DNA of 64,000 bases from Eledone cirrhosa (GCA_964016885.1 OZ024743.1:284208001-284272000), one strand, 5' to 3'; shown: positions 1 through 14,229, counted from the stretch's first letter. Program-made: numbers and translations. The notes: a model not told the origin generated them from the letters alone.

Positions 1-3000
1 AAAGACATAGGTATATTATGCTTATTGTTTATAATAGAAATTATAAAAACTCTAAAACTTCTAAAAATATATTTGCTATTTGGGTGTTATATGAAACATT
101 TAACTTGAATTGTATGCTTAAGATATATAGCTGGGTATTCTATTTCAAATACACTAGAGTATTCTATTTCGAATGTAGTAGTGTTGTTGTTGATGTATAG
201 AACTGTGTTGTTTTTGGAATTAAATGTTGAACATTTTAAAGATAACCATTGCTAGAGTAATAGCACTGATCATTAATCAACAAAGTGGTTGGCACTTATA
301 GCTCAGTTACCTCAATATACCAGGTTTAATCTTTTTGTTATATACACTGCCTATAATTTTCAAATAATTTTCAAAACAATCAAGAAATATAGTAAAATAA
401 CTAACTCTCTTGTTAATAATTTGATGTTTGGAGCATAATTTAACAAAGGTTCATACATAAAATTATGTAAATACTTCATATAGAACCAGGGGTAGTTTGA
501 TATTAAAAGGGTTAAATTACTTTTAAAAAATTGTTGAATGTTTCATCAACTTGCATTATTAAAGTTAACTCCTTCTCTAGTATGTTTTTGAGATGGATGG
601 TTTCTGCAAAGTTAACTTACTCTAAATACACTACATGGTGACAAGGTTCTCAGTGGGGTTTCTATGATACAATCAGAGTTTATATGGTTTGATATCACCA
701 TTGATAGAAAGGATTTTCTGAATCTATCTCTTGAATTTCTATTTACCCGTGATTCCAATCAACATATTTCCATGTGTATTTAGGTGCTTTATTTCTAACA
801 CATCTTTTGGCTGGATTTGAATTCAGAATGTTTCATCTATATAAAGTTCCAGAAACATTAAACATAAGTTGTCTCAACTTTTTTTGTATATTTGTAGAGT
901 CAGGACTACGAAAAGATAGAAAATCTAAAGACGAGCTGAAAAGCCTGTAAAATCTAAACAATTTTATATTTGGAATATTGGAGTAAAAATTTTAATTAGT
1001 GGAAAATATCCATTTGTATCAAGTATAATCAGATATCAGTGAAAGTTATTTGCAACAAAACTAATCCTTCAGTTTGATAATAATATTTTTCATTAACATT
1101 TAAAAAATATCAATTTCTTATAAGGAACTAGAAGATTATGCTATATCAGCAATTCTTAACCAGAAGAGAAATTTCAGTATTCTATGTGTGGAAATTTGGA
1201 AATTCTAGAAAGGAAATTGCTATTAGGTAAAACAAATTCTTTATCATTATGTAGAATACTTTTGTTCGATTTATTTGTAGTGTTAATTTTAAGTTAATGT
1301 TAAATTAATACAAGTCTGTGAATGTTATGCAATAAATTGTGTTGTACATAAGACTTTTTTTGTATCATATGTGAGAGGGCAATGGGGTTGGTAAACTGGT
1401 AAAAGAAATAAATACAAACAAAAGGTTAAGAAATATTGCTCTATGGGAAAATAATTTAACATAACTTTAATAAATTTCAATAATTCTTTTATATCAATTT
1501 GCATATTTTTGGCAACAGATTTGACCTGTTATTGTATCTTGAAACAGATATGTTTTGATAGTCATATCTGACATTTATACACACACATTATCAATTATTC
1601 ATTTCTTAATTTTTTAATTTTTTAATTTTTTTATTTAATATAATTGAAGTCTTCATATTTGATATCAATATATTTTTCGTATTATTTGTGAAAATATTTT
1701 AATACCTTTAAAAACTTTACATACAAAAAATAACATTTTATTTGTATTTTTTTAAATATAGAAATACATTTTGTCTATGTAATAAAATAACCTTTACTTA
1801 AAACAAATGCTGTGATATCATTATTATTAGTTTGTTTATTTAAAAATACATTTGAAAGGAAAATATATTTAAACAAGAATGCAAAAATATTTAGGACATT
1901 TGGGGGAAATATTTTAGAAAGTATATTTAGATTTATGTAATATACATTTATAGATGAGTTTTATAAATACTTCATATATTGCATTCAAGAAATTCTCTAG
2001 AATTAGCTAAAATAGCATTATCATAAAATTAAAAAAAAGAATTTTCTGAAAAATTGTGTTGTTTTAAAGTGCTGTTTCATAATAAAGTGGGTAAAGAATA
2101 AAAAAAAAAAAAAGAGAGAGAGAGAAAGAATGAGAATTAAAAAAAAATAACTGTATCTTGTCCTTACTCTACTGTGGTATTTACTTAACATGCATACATT
2201 CAAATTATGTGGATATAGTGCATATAAATATATATAATTGTGGTTCATTTAACATTTAGAAACCATGCATAGTTCTAATAAACTTTTAGCCAATTCAAAA
2301 AGAGTCCACAAACATGTTGTCCTGATATTTACATAAACAAAATGGTCCGGTAGTTGACATAGCATCATGGATGATAAGTGCATGGTTATAGGAATTGCTG
2401 TGAAAATCTAAGGAATTTCTAATAATCACTTTTTTTTTTATAACACAGTCTCTTATTTTTGCAAGATGTGAGTAATAAAAGATATTTGGCTTAATCTCAG
2501 CAACCAACTGATGATTTTTTTTATTGGCTCCTGTGAGAAAGTCTAGATTGATTATAATCTTTAGTATGTAATTTAGAAATACTTTTTCAAAATACCCCTA
2601 ATATTCCTGAAACAAAATTCTAATAAGTACTGGTATTTCTTGAAAACTGCAAGAGACATAAACAAAAGGAAAGTATGAAGTTGAACAATGAAATAGTCTT
2701 TTGAACTGGATCAATGTCATCAGTCTGTCAATAACTTAATTATAAGTATCCGTGTGTGTACTTGTTTAATACCATATCAATTTGTTTTTCATGAAGATTA
2801 AAAAAATAATAATATAGCCAAAATAACTACAATAGAAATATGTTTTTAAACTATTTGTATAGTCAGCAGTCTCTATTAGTTAATAAGATTAGAATGTTCT
2901 AGTTGATCTCCAAATTTTTAGCTTTTTGATGTATTTTAAAAGCATTGCCAAATATCTTTTTACTAAATTCTTCTTTCATGGTCTCCAGAATCAATCACTT

Positions 3001-5148
3001 CAATCAGAACTGAATTACAATTTCCTGTTTTATCGTGTTTCTATCATCCAGTTCACCAGTATCTGAGTTTAAGCAGCTGTTAAAAGCTATAAATATTAAT
3101 ATTAATTTGTAACTTTCACATACACACACTCATATGCTTGCATGGGTACATACACATACTCACACATGTAAAAATATATTAGGTAACTTCTTATCAATGG
3201 AGCCAAGAATCAATCACATATGAAACAGCATCCTGTAATACAAAGTGAACTATAATTTCTCATTTTTCCAGTTTTACTTCCTAGTCTTTATGCATTATTT
3301 ATAAAATTATTTCCAGCACAGAATTTAAAAATGTTGGTAGAGAAATCTGGGTAATTTTATACAAATCTGTCAGTGTCTTTTCAGTACATGGATGTAGTAC
3401 TGATTCGAAGATAACATTATACTGTAGTGGTTTCTGCTTAGACATGATATCTATATATACACTAGAGTTACTTATGTAAGATTCTTATTATATTAAGGTA
3501 GCAAAGAACAAGTTACTTCCCCTTAAAAACTGTCTCAGTAAAAATGAAATCGCAGCTGAAATGATCCACATTTAATGTTAATTTTATTTCTTCCAAAGTG
3601 ATTTTAATCAGTTATGTGTGTTCTTTGTACAAGTAGACTATTTGGCTAAACATAAACCACCCACTCATCTAAGATAATAGTGATATCATAGTCAAGTAAT
3701 GGTAGACATTCACTGCTTCTTGCTCTACCATAAATCTTTCCATTTTAACAAATACAATTTGCATAGCTTCTTTTTACTATTTTAAAAGATTATACCTGAA
3801 TAACATGATTAATCCATAACTTTTCTAATCTGAAAATTAATGAAATATCAGATTTTTGTTTTTGCAGTAATCTGATGTGTTGCTATCATTTTATTCTAGT
3901 TTCATTCAACTCTTCTATTACCATATTTCTAACAAAAAAAAATGTGCCTAGGTTTTTCAAATACTGTTGAAATTTTCGAAGTTGGAGGGATTTTGTAATA
4001 CAACTACTATTCTCATTGTTAAGCTGGTGTTTAGAACTTAAGGATACTTACAGAAAATTATGAAATTATGGCAGAAAGGTTTTTAGATAAATATAAACAT
4101 TTGAAAACAAACAGTTTTGTTTCATAGATACTAAGTTTGGTATCAAAATAATCAAAAACAAACTCCACTAGGGACTACTGATTTCATCTTTTCTGCTGTA
4201 ATATCTGTCATTTAAGTTTTCATTATAATAAAGTTTAGCAAGGTTGTGGATGGTGGAGTTGGTAAAGCAATTGGAAAATTGCCTTGTGGTATTTAGTTAC
4301 ATTCCTTTACATGCTGTGTTTACATTCCACTAAGACTGACTATGTTGTTCATCTCTCTGGAGTTTATAAAATATGTACCAGTTCAGCACTATTATTGATT
4401 AAATCAACAAAACTCCCCCCATGAAACATTTGTCTCCTTGTGGAAAGTAACAAATTATTAATATAAAGTCAACAACACTTGGTTTTAGTAACTACTCCAT
4501 GACACTAAGTTTTATAGTTGTAGCTATATTTTCTTATCCCTCAGACATTGTAAATAATTCAATTATTTTATCTTCATTTTGTTCAAGTCTACTTAAATTT
4601 TCACTTTCATTTGATTTAAGTTCTATTTTAAAGATAATTTGAGTATTTTATTTATTTGCAATATTCTTCGATTTCTAGAGTTTAATAATAGTAAAGTGAA
4701 ATTAGATATTACACTTCATTTATCTACTAGTATACTACAACTTATCAGAAATGAAGGAGACTATAGTAGAAAAATATATAATTTAATAATTCCTTGTTTA
4801 AAACATTTTATCTAAAGATCCTTGAATCCTTAATTTCCCTTGATTTTTTGCCTTTTATCACTCCAGCCATGACTATTTCATTTTATGTTTATTTAAATCA
4901 ATTAGAATAATTTTCTTGTCATTATCAATGATATATCCACTAAATTACAATGGCTTTGTTCCATCTATCTATCTTTGAACTGTTATTGTGATTTATGTTT
5001 TGTTGTTATTGTCATTCTAGCCCGAAAACAGTCAGTAAATATAGATAAATAGATAGGTAGGTGGACAGACAGATAGACAGTTAGGTAGATAAATAGACAG
5101 ATGGATTGACACATGAATAGATAGATAGCCAAATGGACTTAATATATA

Positions 5149-5526
5149 TGGCTTAGTGGTTAGAGCATTGGCTTTGCAATCGAAAGGTTGTGAGTTCAAT
5201 TCTCAGACCGGGTGATGTGTTGTTTCCTTGAGCAAGACACTTTATTTCACATTGCTCCAGTTTACTCAGCTGTAGAAATGAGATGATAGGACTGGGGTCC
5301 CTATCATTCCACTGCAAAGTGGTCGTGGAGGTGCCACGGCAAAAAAGCACCCAGCCCACACTGTAAAGTGGACGTGTAGGCACCACGGAAAAACAGCACC
5401 CAGCACTCACCGTAAATGAGGTTGGTGTTAGGAAGGGCATCCAGCTGTAGAAATCAAGCCAGAATCAGTTCCCATCCCACCCTTGCAAGCAGAGAAAAGC
5501 GGACGTAAAATGATGATGATGATGAT
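5149..5526 (+). mobile_element. SINE family B: tRNA-like head, CORE-like middle, RTE-derived 3' tail
   Basis: A-box tggcttagtgg, B-box gagttcaattc, CORE-like ccttgagcaagacactt, then ggttggtgttaggaagggcatccagctgtagaa shared with the RTE 3'UTRs; ends in (GAT)n. Confidence 0.85.
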
Positions 5527-5531
5527 ATATA

Positions 5532-5681
5532 TAGAAGTAGTAACACAACAGTTAGTTCACCATACCGAGAACAATTGATTCACTTTAGTGGATCTTCAGC
5601 TCGTAAGTACGAGCTGAAGATCCGCTAAGGTGAAACAATTGTTCTTGGTATGGTGAACTAACTGTTGTGTTACTATTTCTA
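5532..5681. repeat. Near-perfect palindrome (~73-bp arms, 2-nt centre) made of two head-to-head hammerhead-like motifs
   Basis: tagaagtagtaacacaacag...gctcgta|ag|tacgagc...ctgttgtgttactatttcta, with few mismatches. Confidence 0.9.
5610..5647 (+). ncRNA. Minimal type I hammerhead-like motif
   Basis: cgag CTGAAGA t-cc-gctaa-gg-t GAAA c-aatt-g TT cttg. Palindromic loop III; stem II is weak. Confidence 0.5.
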
Positions 5682-5797
5682 CCAAACTCGTCCCATGGAC
5701 TGAGTGCTCTACCACTACGGATATTACCTTCCAGTGTTCTACCTCTATCTCTCTCTATATATATAGAAAGAGAGAGAGAGCTAGATAGACAGACAGA

Positions 5798-6720
5798 TTT
5801 CTTTATTTGCTACAAGGGTACACAAGAAATGGGATTTATTACAAGACATGGGATGGCAGGGGTTTTACATGAAAGCATGTAAATAAATTTAACAATTATA
5901 AATAAACAATCGAAATCGCCAATAGTGGTGAACATCACTGCATGGTTCTTTTACACCCCATAGATAGAACAACCCTCAACATCAGGAGCATGTTTTGCAA
6001 GTGCTCCAGTCTTCTCTCTTGTTTTCTTTAACCTACAGGTTTATATACAGAGTAGGCCCACTCACTCGGGCCATTTTCGCCACATTCATCTACCTTTCAG
6101 CAAATTTACTGGGATGCAACACCTCACTTTCCACCCTCACCTTCCTTTTAAAATGGTATTTGTCAAAGGGGATGAGTTGTTGTCTGGAGAGTAAGGTGTT
6201 TGCCCTCAGTCCTTTCAATCTAGTCCACTATATGACTTCTTTCGTCATAGCCACCAGAGAGAGGAAAACCACCTCTCCTTCAGTGTTAAATGAAGGCGGC
6301 AGGGTAATCCTCATGATGGACTTGGCTGACAGCCAGATTCGTCCTACACGTGACAGTAGCTGCTCAACATAATTCCACAGGTTGGCAACTCCTGGACAGT
6401 GAACAATTGTGTGCAGAACGGTTTCGGTGTTCTGCTTGCATCTTGGATAGGTTCTTCTGTCAGGATCCCTGCCAGAGCATCCGCGCCTGTAGATCTTCCC
6501 AGTAGCACTGCCAGACCAGGGATTTCTGGAAGTTATCCATAGACCCTGGATCAAAAGTCCTTTGAAATAGACTGGCCAATTTGTCCTGGTCGATGCCCAG
6601 AGTCTCCTGGAGAACGTCATTGCACTTATTTTCCACTAATCCCCTATAGAATGTTAATGTGGAGTTTCCACTGATTTCCGTGTCTGCCTGGTAGAGGACT
6701 GTGAACACCTGAGTGCAATC
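5798..6720 (-). mobile_element. Tx1/L1-type LINE 3' fragment, degenerate
   Basis: Minus ORFs give ...YPRCKQNTETVLHTIVHCPGVANLW, the C-terminal zinc-knuckle region of Tx1/L1 ORF2. AATAAA near the 3' end; flanked by GATA/GACA repeats. Confidence 0.65.
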
Positions 6721-6809
6721 TAGGTCAGATAGATAGACAAACAGACAAATAAATATATACATGTTTTTATTGTCCGAAGATAGATAGATACATAAGTAGA
6801 TAACTATAG

Positions 6810-8350
6810 ACTACACCAGAGTATCACGACCCCTCTCAACGTTTGGTACCTGGATGATGCTACGTTGGGCAGGCCCATAGAGACTGTCTGTCATGACCTA
6901 CAATCGGTGGCTCTTGCCCTGGTAGGAATCGGCCTCCAGGTCAACTCATCCAGTTCGGAGGTGGTGAATGTCAGCCATGATGCTGATAGCTTTGCAGCCT
7001 CCGTCTCAGGCATGTGGTCCATTCTCCACCAGGTACAGGTGACTCCCAAAGAGGATGTCCTCATCCTCGGGTCACAGATCCACCCGCCGGCCATCCGCTC
7101 CACCAACTCCAGACCCTCACGATCTGACTGGACTTGATCGGTGGCCACCCAGCTTTCTTCCTGTTGAGGAACTGCTTCGCCATGCTGAAGCTCCTCTATA
7201 CCCTTCGCATCTCTCCTTGCTGACCTCGATACTTGTATCTGAGCGGCAGTCGAGGAGATATGCAACGTCAGGTTTGACGACATTGGATGGCAACAGGCCA
7301 CTTTACCTGTCAGATGTGGCAGCCTTGGCCTCTGTTCCCTGATCTCGCTGGCTTTGCCGGCGTTCCTTTCGTTGGTAACCTCATGCCGCATCCTCGTCAG
7401 CAGGGTTCTCCAAAAAACAAAAGAACCCTCTGTGAGACGTCAGACCGACTGGGATGTAGCCCAGTAGACGTCCTCCCTCCTTCTCCCCCTGCTGACGTCA
7501 AGTCTCCCCAAAACCATTGGGATGCCTCAGATAGGCTCACGCGCCAGCTCGACCAGCACTGCCTTGCCTTCCTTCTCCACTGGCACACAGCTGGATAACG
7601 ATAGCCTGCGCATCGGCATTTCCTTGAGGCTTGGCCTCTGGATCTGCAAGCCACATAAATGTCACTGTGGATCCACCGCGGATCTTTTGGCCTCCACCCG
7701 CTTTCCTGTCGCCACAGTGCTGGCCGCCTTCCATGCCATGCTACACTCAACGAGGTCATAAAGCATGGCTTGAACGCTGCAGGCTTCCCCTCCTAGCTCG
7801 AGCCGGTGGGGGTGGACCAAGGGGATGGCAAAAGGCCTCGTCTTGGATGCCACTTGCAGCGACACTTTCTCCAGCCGCAACCTGGTGCAGTCTGTGACTA
7901 ACCCAAGTTCTGCTGCACGTCTGGCTGAGGAGGCCAAACTCTCCAACAGGTTCGTGGTCATGTCCTTGGCAGTGGAGACTACTGGTGTCCTTGGCCCTAG
8001 GGCTACCTCCCTACTCACCACCATAGGCTCTGAGTTGGCCAGCCGCAGGTGTGAGCCTCGCGAGTTGGAATGGCTCTTCCAGCACATCTCCCTTACCATC
8101 CTCTGGGGAAACGCTTTCTCCATTCTGTCCGCCGGGGCTGTAGGGAGGCAAGCACATGTGACCCCATTTGCTCACCATACGGAGAGATGGGGAGGGCAAG
8201 AGAGATAGAGGTGATGACAGTGGGAGTTCGGCTGTTCTTTCATGTTTACTTAGGTTACTATTTTCTATTTCCATACAAGCATATATACCTCTTTTTATAT
8301 AGAAACCTGTTTGCCCACAGACAAACTGTGTATGATGTGATAGCAAGGTA
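6810..8350 (+). mobile_element. CRE-like non-LTR retrotransposon with restriction-like endonuclease, degenerate
   Basis: WYLDDATLG RT motif at 6844-6870, LRLG..C.PHKCHCG zinc finger, then DATCSDTF..AEEAK..AVETTG..WLFQHIS..GNA endonuclease tail; frameshifted. Confidence 0.75.
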
Positions 8351-9277
8351 AGGAGGAAGATATTAAATTACCATTTCCCAAACAAATCTAATGCAAAGTG
8401 GTTATCACATGATTAAGTATTTTATTATAATGATATAATTTTGGTATCTAGCAACCTCCATTCATCATCATTACGAACTGTGTCATAAAATTTACTCTTT
8501 TTATTGTTATTTTTATAAGTCTTATCTTAATTAGCAAGTTCTGTAGCTTGTCTGAAAAAATAATAAGTATTAAATAAACTGCTGCATCACATGATAAAAA
8601 CACTTATGAGTCATGTAATACTGCCATGACTTTGTTGGTATCAGATATATTCTGTCATAATGCTTTGGTACAAGAATGGGTTGTAAAAAGTTGTCTGTAA
8701 ACCCCTGCAATCCTTAGCTTAACAAATAAGATTATTTTTTCTTATTCAATAGCTAATATATTTCTGATAATTATATCAAGAATAAGGCAGCTAGGAAAGC
8801 AAGTATCCATATTTGAATTTACTGTCATTTGTGACTAATTAATTGTGATTAAGTGGCTTGATTTTGCTTTTATCTGCTTCTTCACTTCTAATATATGAAA
8901 ACTAGTATCGTATTTTTAAATAAATCAAGGGCTGAATAAGCTGAAAACTGAGAGTTAAGAAAAATAGAGCGAGACAAAAAGTGATTTCTCAACTTACAGT
9001 ATTTGTAAGAGTATATGATTGGGCCGGGAACAAGATGCACTGAACAGTAGTTTATTAAATAAATGATATATATGCTATGTTTACGAATTTTGCAGAAAAT
9101 ATGAAATAGATAGAAATAAGGTATATGTGTATGAGTAGAATACCATGAATATATACTATCGACTAACACCATGTAGAACAGTAAAGCTGAAGCACAAGAT
9201 CACAATAAATAAATATACTACTTGCCCAGCACTAATTCCTGGCTAAAATAATGATGAATGATATTTCCCCTTTTCTT

Positions 9278-9660
9278 CATCATCATCATTTTACACCTGC
9301 TTTTCAATGCTGGCTGGAATGGGTTGTCATATATTGTCAGTTATTATTCTGAGTCACTGCCCTCCAGATAGACCAGAAACTATACCAATGAGTTCCATTT
9401 CTGGCATGGTTTCTATAACTGCGATGCCTACTCGATCATTAATCACTTCAAAGAATCCTGAGTATATTTTATCATACCAGTACTACGGAGGTTGTCATGA
9501 CCCCTGCAAGTCCTCTCTATTTTTTCCATTCGTTTGCCAATAACTTTACAGAGTACGCTATGTGGTTTTTATTATGGCACCAGCACTAGAGAGGTTGCCT
9601 CGTCTTCTGCAAGACTAAAATGTATTTGTTCATTTACCAGCACCAGAGAGTTGTCTTGTC
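9278..9660 (-). mobile_element. Old RTE-related 3' end relic
   Basis: (CAT)n tail followed by ttttacacctgcttttcaatgctggc, the diverged reverse complement of the RTE/SINE-B 3' terminus. Confidence 0.45.
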
Positions 9661-10503
9661 CTAGACAGATAGATGAGAGAGTGATGAAAGGGAACTAGAA
9701 TCATAAGGTAATGGAAGAGAACCTGGGTGATGGAAGTGAGAGACTGATAGAGAAAAGATTAAAGGAAGAAAGAAATGATAGGCAGGTACATGATGATTGT
9801 TGATAAGCAGCATATATGATGTGACAAGAGAAGAGAGAGAGAGAGATAGGAAGGGAACATGGTATAAAAATATGAGTATAGGATGTAAGAGTGATGGGAG
9901 AAAGAAAGTGAAGTGAAGGAGAGAGAGTAATGGGGAGCAAATGATGGTCAAGAAAGAGAGAAGTAAAGATATATAGTTGCTAGTCAGCCATCTTTAGTTT
10001 CATATATATACGACACATATTACATACAAATGTATATAATATATTTATATTATGTTTGTAATATATACTCTTATATAACATATACAGACACACACAGTCA
10101 CACCTGCTTACATGTATTTTCCCATGCCACCACAGAAAGAATAATTTCAGAAAATTAGGATAGATATATATGTATATAAACTGTGGTGACAAATATTACC
10201 ATATCTGAATACTTTTTCTAATATGAGATTCTAAGAATCTATCATATTAAAACTGTTGTATATTTTGTGTAAAATGTTGGTCACGCTGGAATAGAGATGG
10301 TAGGGTGAGAGAGAGAGAGGAAAATAGAGATGATTAATGGATGATGAAAGTGTGTGTGTGTGTGTCTGTGCGCGCGTGTAAGAGTGGTGGAAGTGAAAAC
10401 AGCAGGGGTGAATTTTTTTTAAAATTTCACACTGTAACAAGTCTTTATGAAAAAGGCATGGTAAGGGTAATGTATATATTATTTGTATATATATATATAT
10501 ATA

Positions 10504-10906
10504 ACCGCCTTGCCTAAGTACAAAGCGAAACCTACAGTCAGTAGGCACCTCTTAACCAAAAATACACCCCCCCATCCCATTACCCCCATCTACACCACCC
10601 CTTTCTCTGTAAAGTTATGTTGGTACCACAACATCCAGTCCTAAATAAATGAGGTCGTGTAGGTGTCACGACAAAAAAAAACACACAGTCCACGTTGTAA
10701 TGTAGCCGTGTAGGTAACACGGTAAAAACCTCCCAGTCCACACTGTAAACCTGGTTGGTGTTAGGAAGGGCATCCAGCTGTAGAAAACCTGCCAGACAGT
10801 CCTATGCGAGCAAGATAACCAATCTTACCTCACGTGGGACAATTCCTGTCTAAACCCATGCTAGCGTGGAAGATAGATGTTAAACGATGATGATGATGAT
10901 GATGAT
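10504..10906 (+). mobile_element. 5'-truncated RTE copy (3'UTR only)
   Basis: Matches the end of the ORF and the 3'UTR of the copy at 19990-20421; starts at a (TA)n run and ends in (GAT)n. Confidence 0.85.
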
Positions 10907-11247
10907 AACTTAAAATGTCATATTGATCTTTATTACATGATAGTTGATCCTAATTAAACCATAGAATTTCCATCTAGTAATAATAAATAAATATTAATGA
11001 TAAAAGAATTTCTCACATAAACACAAGGCCAGCAATTTGACTAAGGGTTTAGACAATTTTATTTTGATTGAATGCATGACAGCTGATTGAACAATAAAAA
11101 TAACACCATCAATAATAATTTCTTTTATCAGCTAAAAGGGACCATACCATTTGGACACTACAGAACCAGAATACAAAAGAAAACAACAAAAAATGAGAAG
11201 ATTTGCATCAATTGAAAGAGTGAGATCAACAATTCAATATAGGCACA

Positions 11248-11249
<2 letters not shown>

Positions 11250-11279
<30 letters not shown>

Positions 11280-12228
11280 AATTATTGTGTAAAGTGCTCA
11301 GGTGCACTACAACTCGTCAAAGGTGTATGTATAGTACATAGAATAATACACAAATGTCAGGGAAGTGAATAGTGTATGAGCCATGGTATACATGTGTGTA
11401 TGTGTATGGAGGGGAACATTAGGTGTAGTGTTGGCAGATCTCGGGAAGCATGGAGGCCTTAAAGGATGCAGTGTCTCGACAGCTAACAACTGATGCAGGT
11501 AGTTTGTTCCATGCTTCAGCAACTCTGAACGTGAAAAAATGTTTCCGAAAGTCATGGGAACTGTGCTGTTTTCTGACTTTGTGGGCATGTCCACATGTGT
11601 TAGACACAGGGAAATCAAAAAGGTACTCAGGGTTGTTGTTGGCAAGATGGTTAACAATTTTGTGAGTGTTTACCAAGTCAGTTGCCAGGCGTCGGAGCTT
11701 CAATGAATCCATGCCCAGGGAAACAAGGCGCTCAGAGTATGGTAGATGCCTGATGGAGGGTATTCGCTTGGTTGCACGTCTCTGAACAGTTTCCAGGCGG
11801 TCAATGTTCTGAGCAAGATAGGGGTTCCAGACTGGTGATGCAAATTCTAAGTGTGGCCGCACCATAGCTATGTACAGCCTTAAATAGATAGCTGGAGAGC
11901 GGCTGACAAAGGTCTTGCTGAGTGATGCTAAGACACCCTCGGCCCTCTTGACAATTTTAGAGACGTGCTTCGTCCAACGCAAATCGCTGCTGACCGTAAT
12001 GCCCAGGTCACGTTCACAAGAAGACTTCTTGATATTAGTGCTGTGGAGGGAGTATGTGGACGCTGGGTTTTTACTCCCAAAATGCATGGTGGTGCACTTG
12101 TCCACAGCTAGCTTGAGTTGCCAGTCTGAGATCCATTGTTGCATTGTGTCCAAGTCAGACTGCAAGCAAGATCTATAGTGTTCAGGATCTGTCCTTTTTA
12201 TCTCAAGGTACAGCTTGATGTCATCTGA
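11250..12228 (-). mobile_element. CR1/L2-clade LINE, 5'-truncated, C-terminal RT ORF 11419-12165
   Basis: 248-aa ORF with DLG...YIAMVRPHLEFASPVWNP...VQRRATK...FFTFRVAEAWNKLP, typical of the CR1-type C-terminus; (TTA)n tail at 11250-11277. Confidence 0.9.
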
Positions 12229-12704
12229 TGGTAATAATGATGGTAATATTTTGTTTTCAAATTTTAGAAGCTCTTAAAGTTTTCATGTTAATAGGTCTCT
12301 TGTATGAATTAGGGTCCTAGAATACTGGCAAGTGAAAGGTGCCTAATAGTGAGATTGTTAAGCAAGTTAATACTGCTAGTATAAAAGCAATGTGGAAAAG
12401 TATCAACCTAGATGATTAGGATTGAATATTATCACCATCTAAGTACAATACTAGATAAAGCTCTAGTCAATGTGGGATAAAAAAAAAGCTTATTTAAAGA
12501 TAGTCTTCTACAAGATGACCATTTCCCAGATCAACGTATCACATACAGATCTTGTTGATCAAGATGTAACTCTTATTTTCCTTTAAATAGACAAGGTTTA
12601 CACCAAGTAAAAAAAAAAAAAAAATCAAGTGTTTCATTAGCTTGAAGTGTTAGGTTCAATTCCTCATATGAATATAACTTGAACTAATATGCAAACCTCT
12701 ACAC

Positions 12705-12985
12705 ATTGTCACTTGATCTGTTAGAAAAGCAGCCAAATCTCTCTCAAATGACACACTACTGTACGACAAACCAACAAAAGAACAATGTGGTTGTTCAATA
12801 TGCTGGAAATAACAGTCAAATCCTCCTTAAATCACACTCAATCATCTTTAAAAAAGGACATACACACTAGACAATATAGCCCTAGACACCCCTGGAGAAC
12901 AGATGGGTTTATTACTGTTGAAAGGCCTTTGATCATAGGTCTATAGTATCATGACTGATGTAGAGCTAAACAAAATCAACAACCT
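12705..12985 (+). repeat. Old interspersed repeat (also at ~56818-57008 +, ~57280-57450 -, ~23690-23840 -)
   Basis: Shared gtcactygatctgttagaaa(t)agcagycaaatctc...aaaa.ggacacatt motif; diverged, so boundaries are approximate. Confidence 0.5.
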
Positions 12986-13088
12986 GAATAGAGGATGGGT
13001 ACAGCTGTGTTTTCTTGCTGGCAATGCCCTCATGAAACATAAAAATGCCATCAGTAAAAGTATATCAAACAATATGAAATATTTATTT

Positions 13089-13276
13089 AATTGTTTCTAA
13101 TTTTGGCTCAAGGCCAGCAATTACCCAGTACATTACTGGTACTTCATTTTATCGACCCTGTAAGGATGAAAGGTAAAGTTAACCGCGGCAGGATTTGAAC
13201 TCAGTCTATAAAGGGATGTAACTATGCTGGAAAGCATGGTGTCTGACCCTCTACAGATACTGCCAATCCACCGCCC
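13089..13276 (-). mobile_element. SINE family A (~185 bp, tRNA-derived)
   Basis: Reverse complement of gggcggtggattggcag...gagttcaaatcc...cctttcatccttacagggtcgataaaat...gctggccttg...agaaacaatt. Confidence 0.9.
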
Positions 13277-14067
13277 TTTATATTTATATTTATATAGTGT
13301 ACTGAAAGTTGAACTCAATGACAAATACTATGTGTCCAATAAATTTGTAAGGTTTTCATGTGTAAAACATATTTAAATATTGCCTCACTCATGGCTCAGA
13401 CATGTTCAAGAATAATTATTAATATAGATTAATAAAATTTTAATTCAGCATTCTAACATATTTTAGGACTGGACTGGCAGAAATAGATGAATGTAGGATG
13501 TTTAGCTTTGAAACACACATTTGCATTTACACAAATACAAACACTTATATAAAGACACACATATATATAACACACACACACACATATATATACACACGCC
13601 TACTTATATTCATAGACAAATTTTTATAGTTGAAAAAAGGTTTATGTAAGTAGCTTTGTAAGTGACTAATATACAATCAAGACTAGATCATTCATTCTTT
13701 ATTTGCCTTGATAATAAGTAAACAATTTTCTTATATAGCTTACTACTATTTAGTGTTAAATAATTAAAATCAAAAATAGGTTATATTTAATAAAGTTGAG
13801 AGGTCTTGCCTAGATAATGGCCTGAAAAAAATTCTTTTTTAAATCTATTTTTTTTCATATCTCTTATATGCATATTTCCTATTTTGGCATAATTCTTCAG
13901 TTGGATAACCTTCCTATAATACCAACCACTTTACAGAGGGCACTGGGTGAATTTTATTGTGGCACTAGTTTGGCAGACTACATGAGATACCTTTTATTAG
14001 CGTCAACACTACCATATCTTGAGTGCTCTATCAGCTACAAGTGACACATCACTTAGCCATAATAAAG

Positions 14068-14125
<58 letters not shown>

Positions 14126-14229
14126 TATACATACATATATATACATACTTTATTATGGCTAAGTGATGTGTCTGGTTATTTTAAAATTTCACCTGTGCTC
14201 TCACAAGGCCATCAGACAAAACATAAGCC

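Noticed and set aside
5149-5215. tRNA gene
   Set aside because: A/B boxes belong to a SINE head; no full cloverleaf.
8998-9039. 42-nt frame-preserving cassette exon candidate (-)
   Set aside because: Good donor but weak polypyrimidine tract and no channel similarity.
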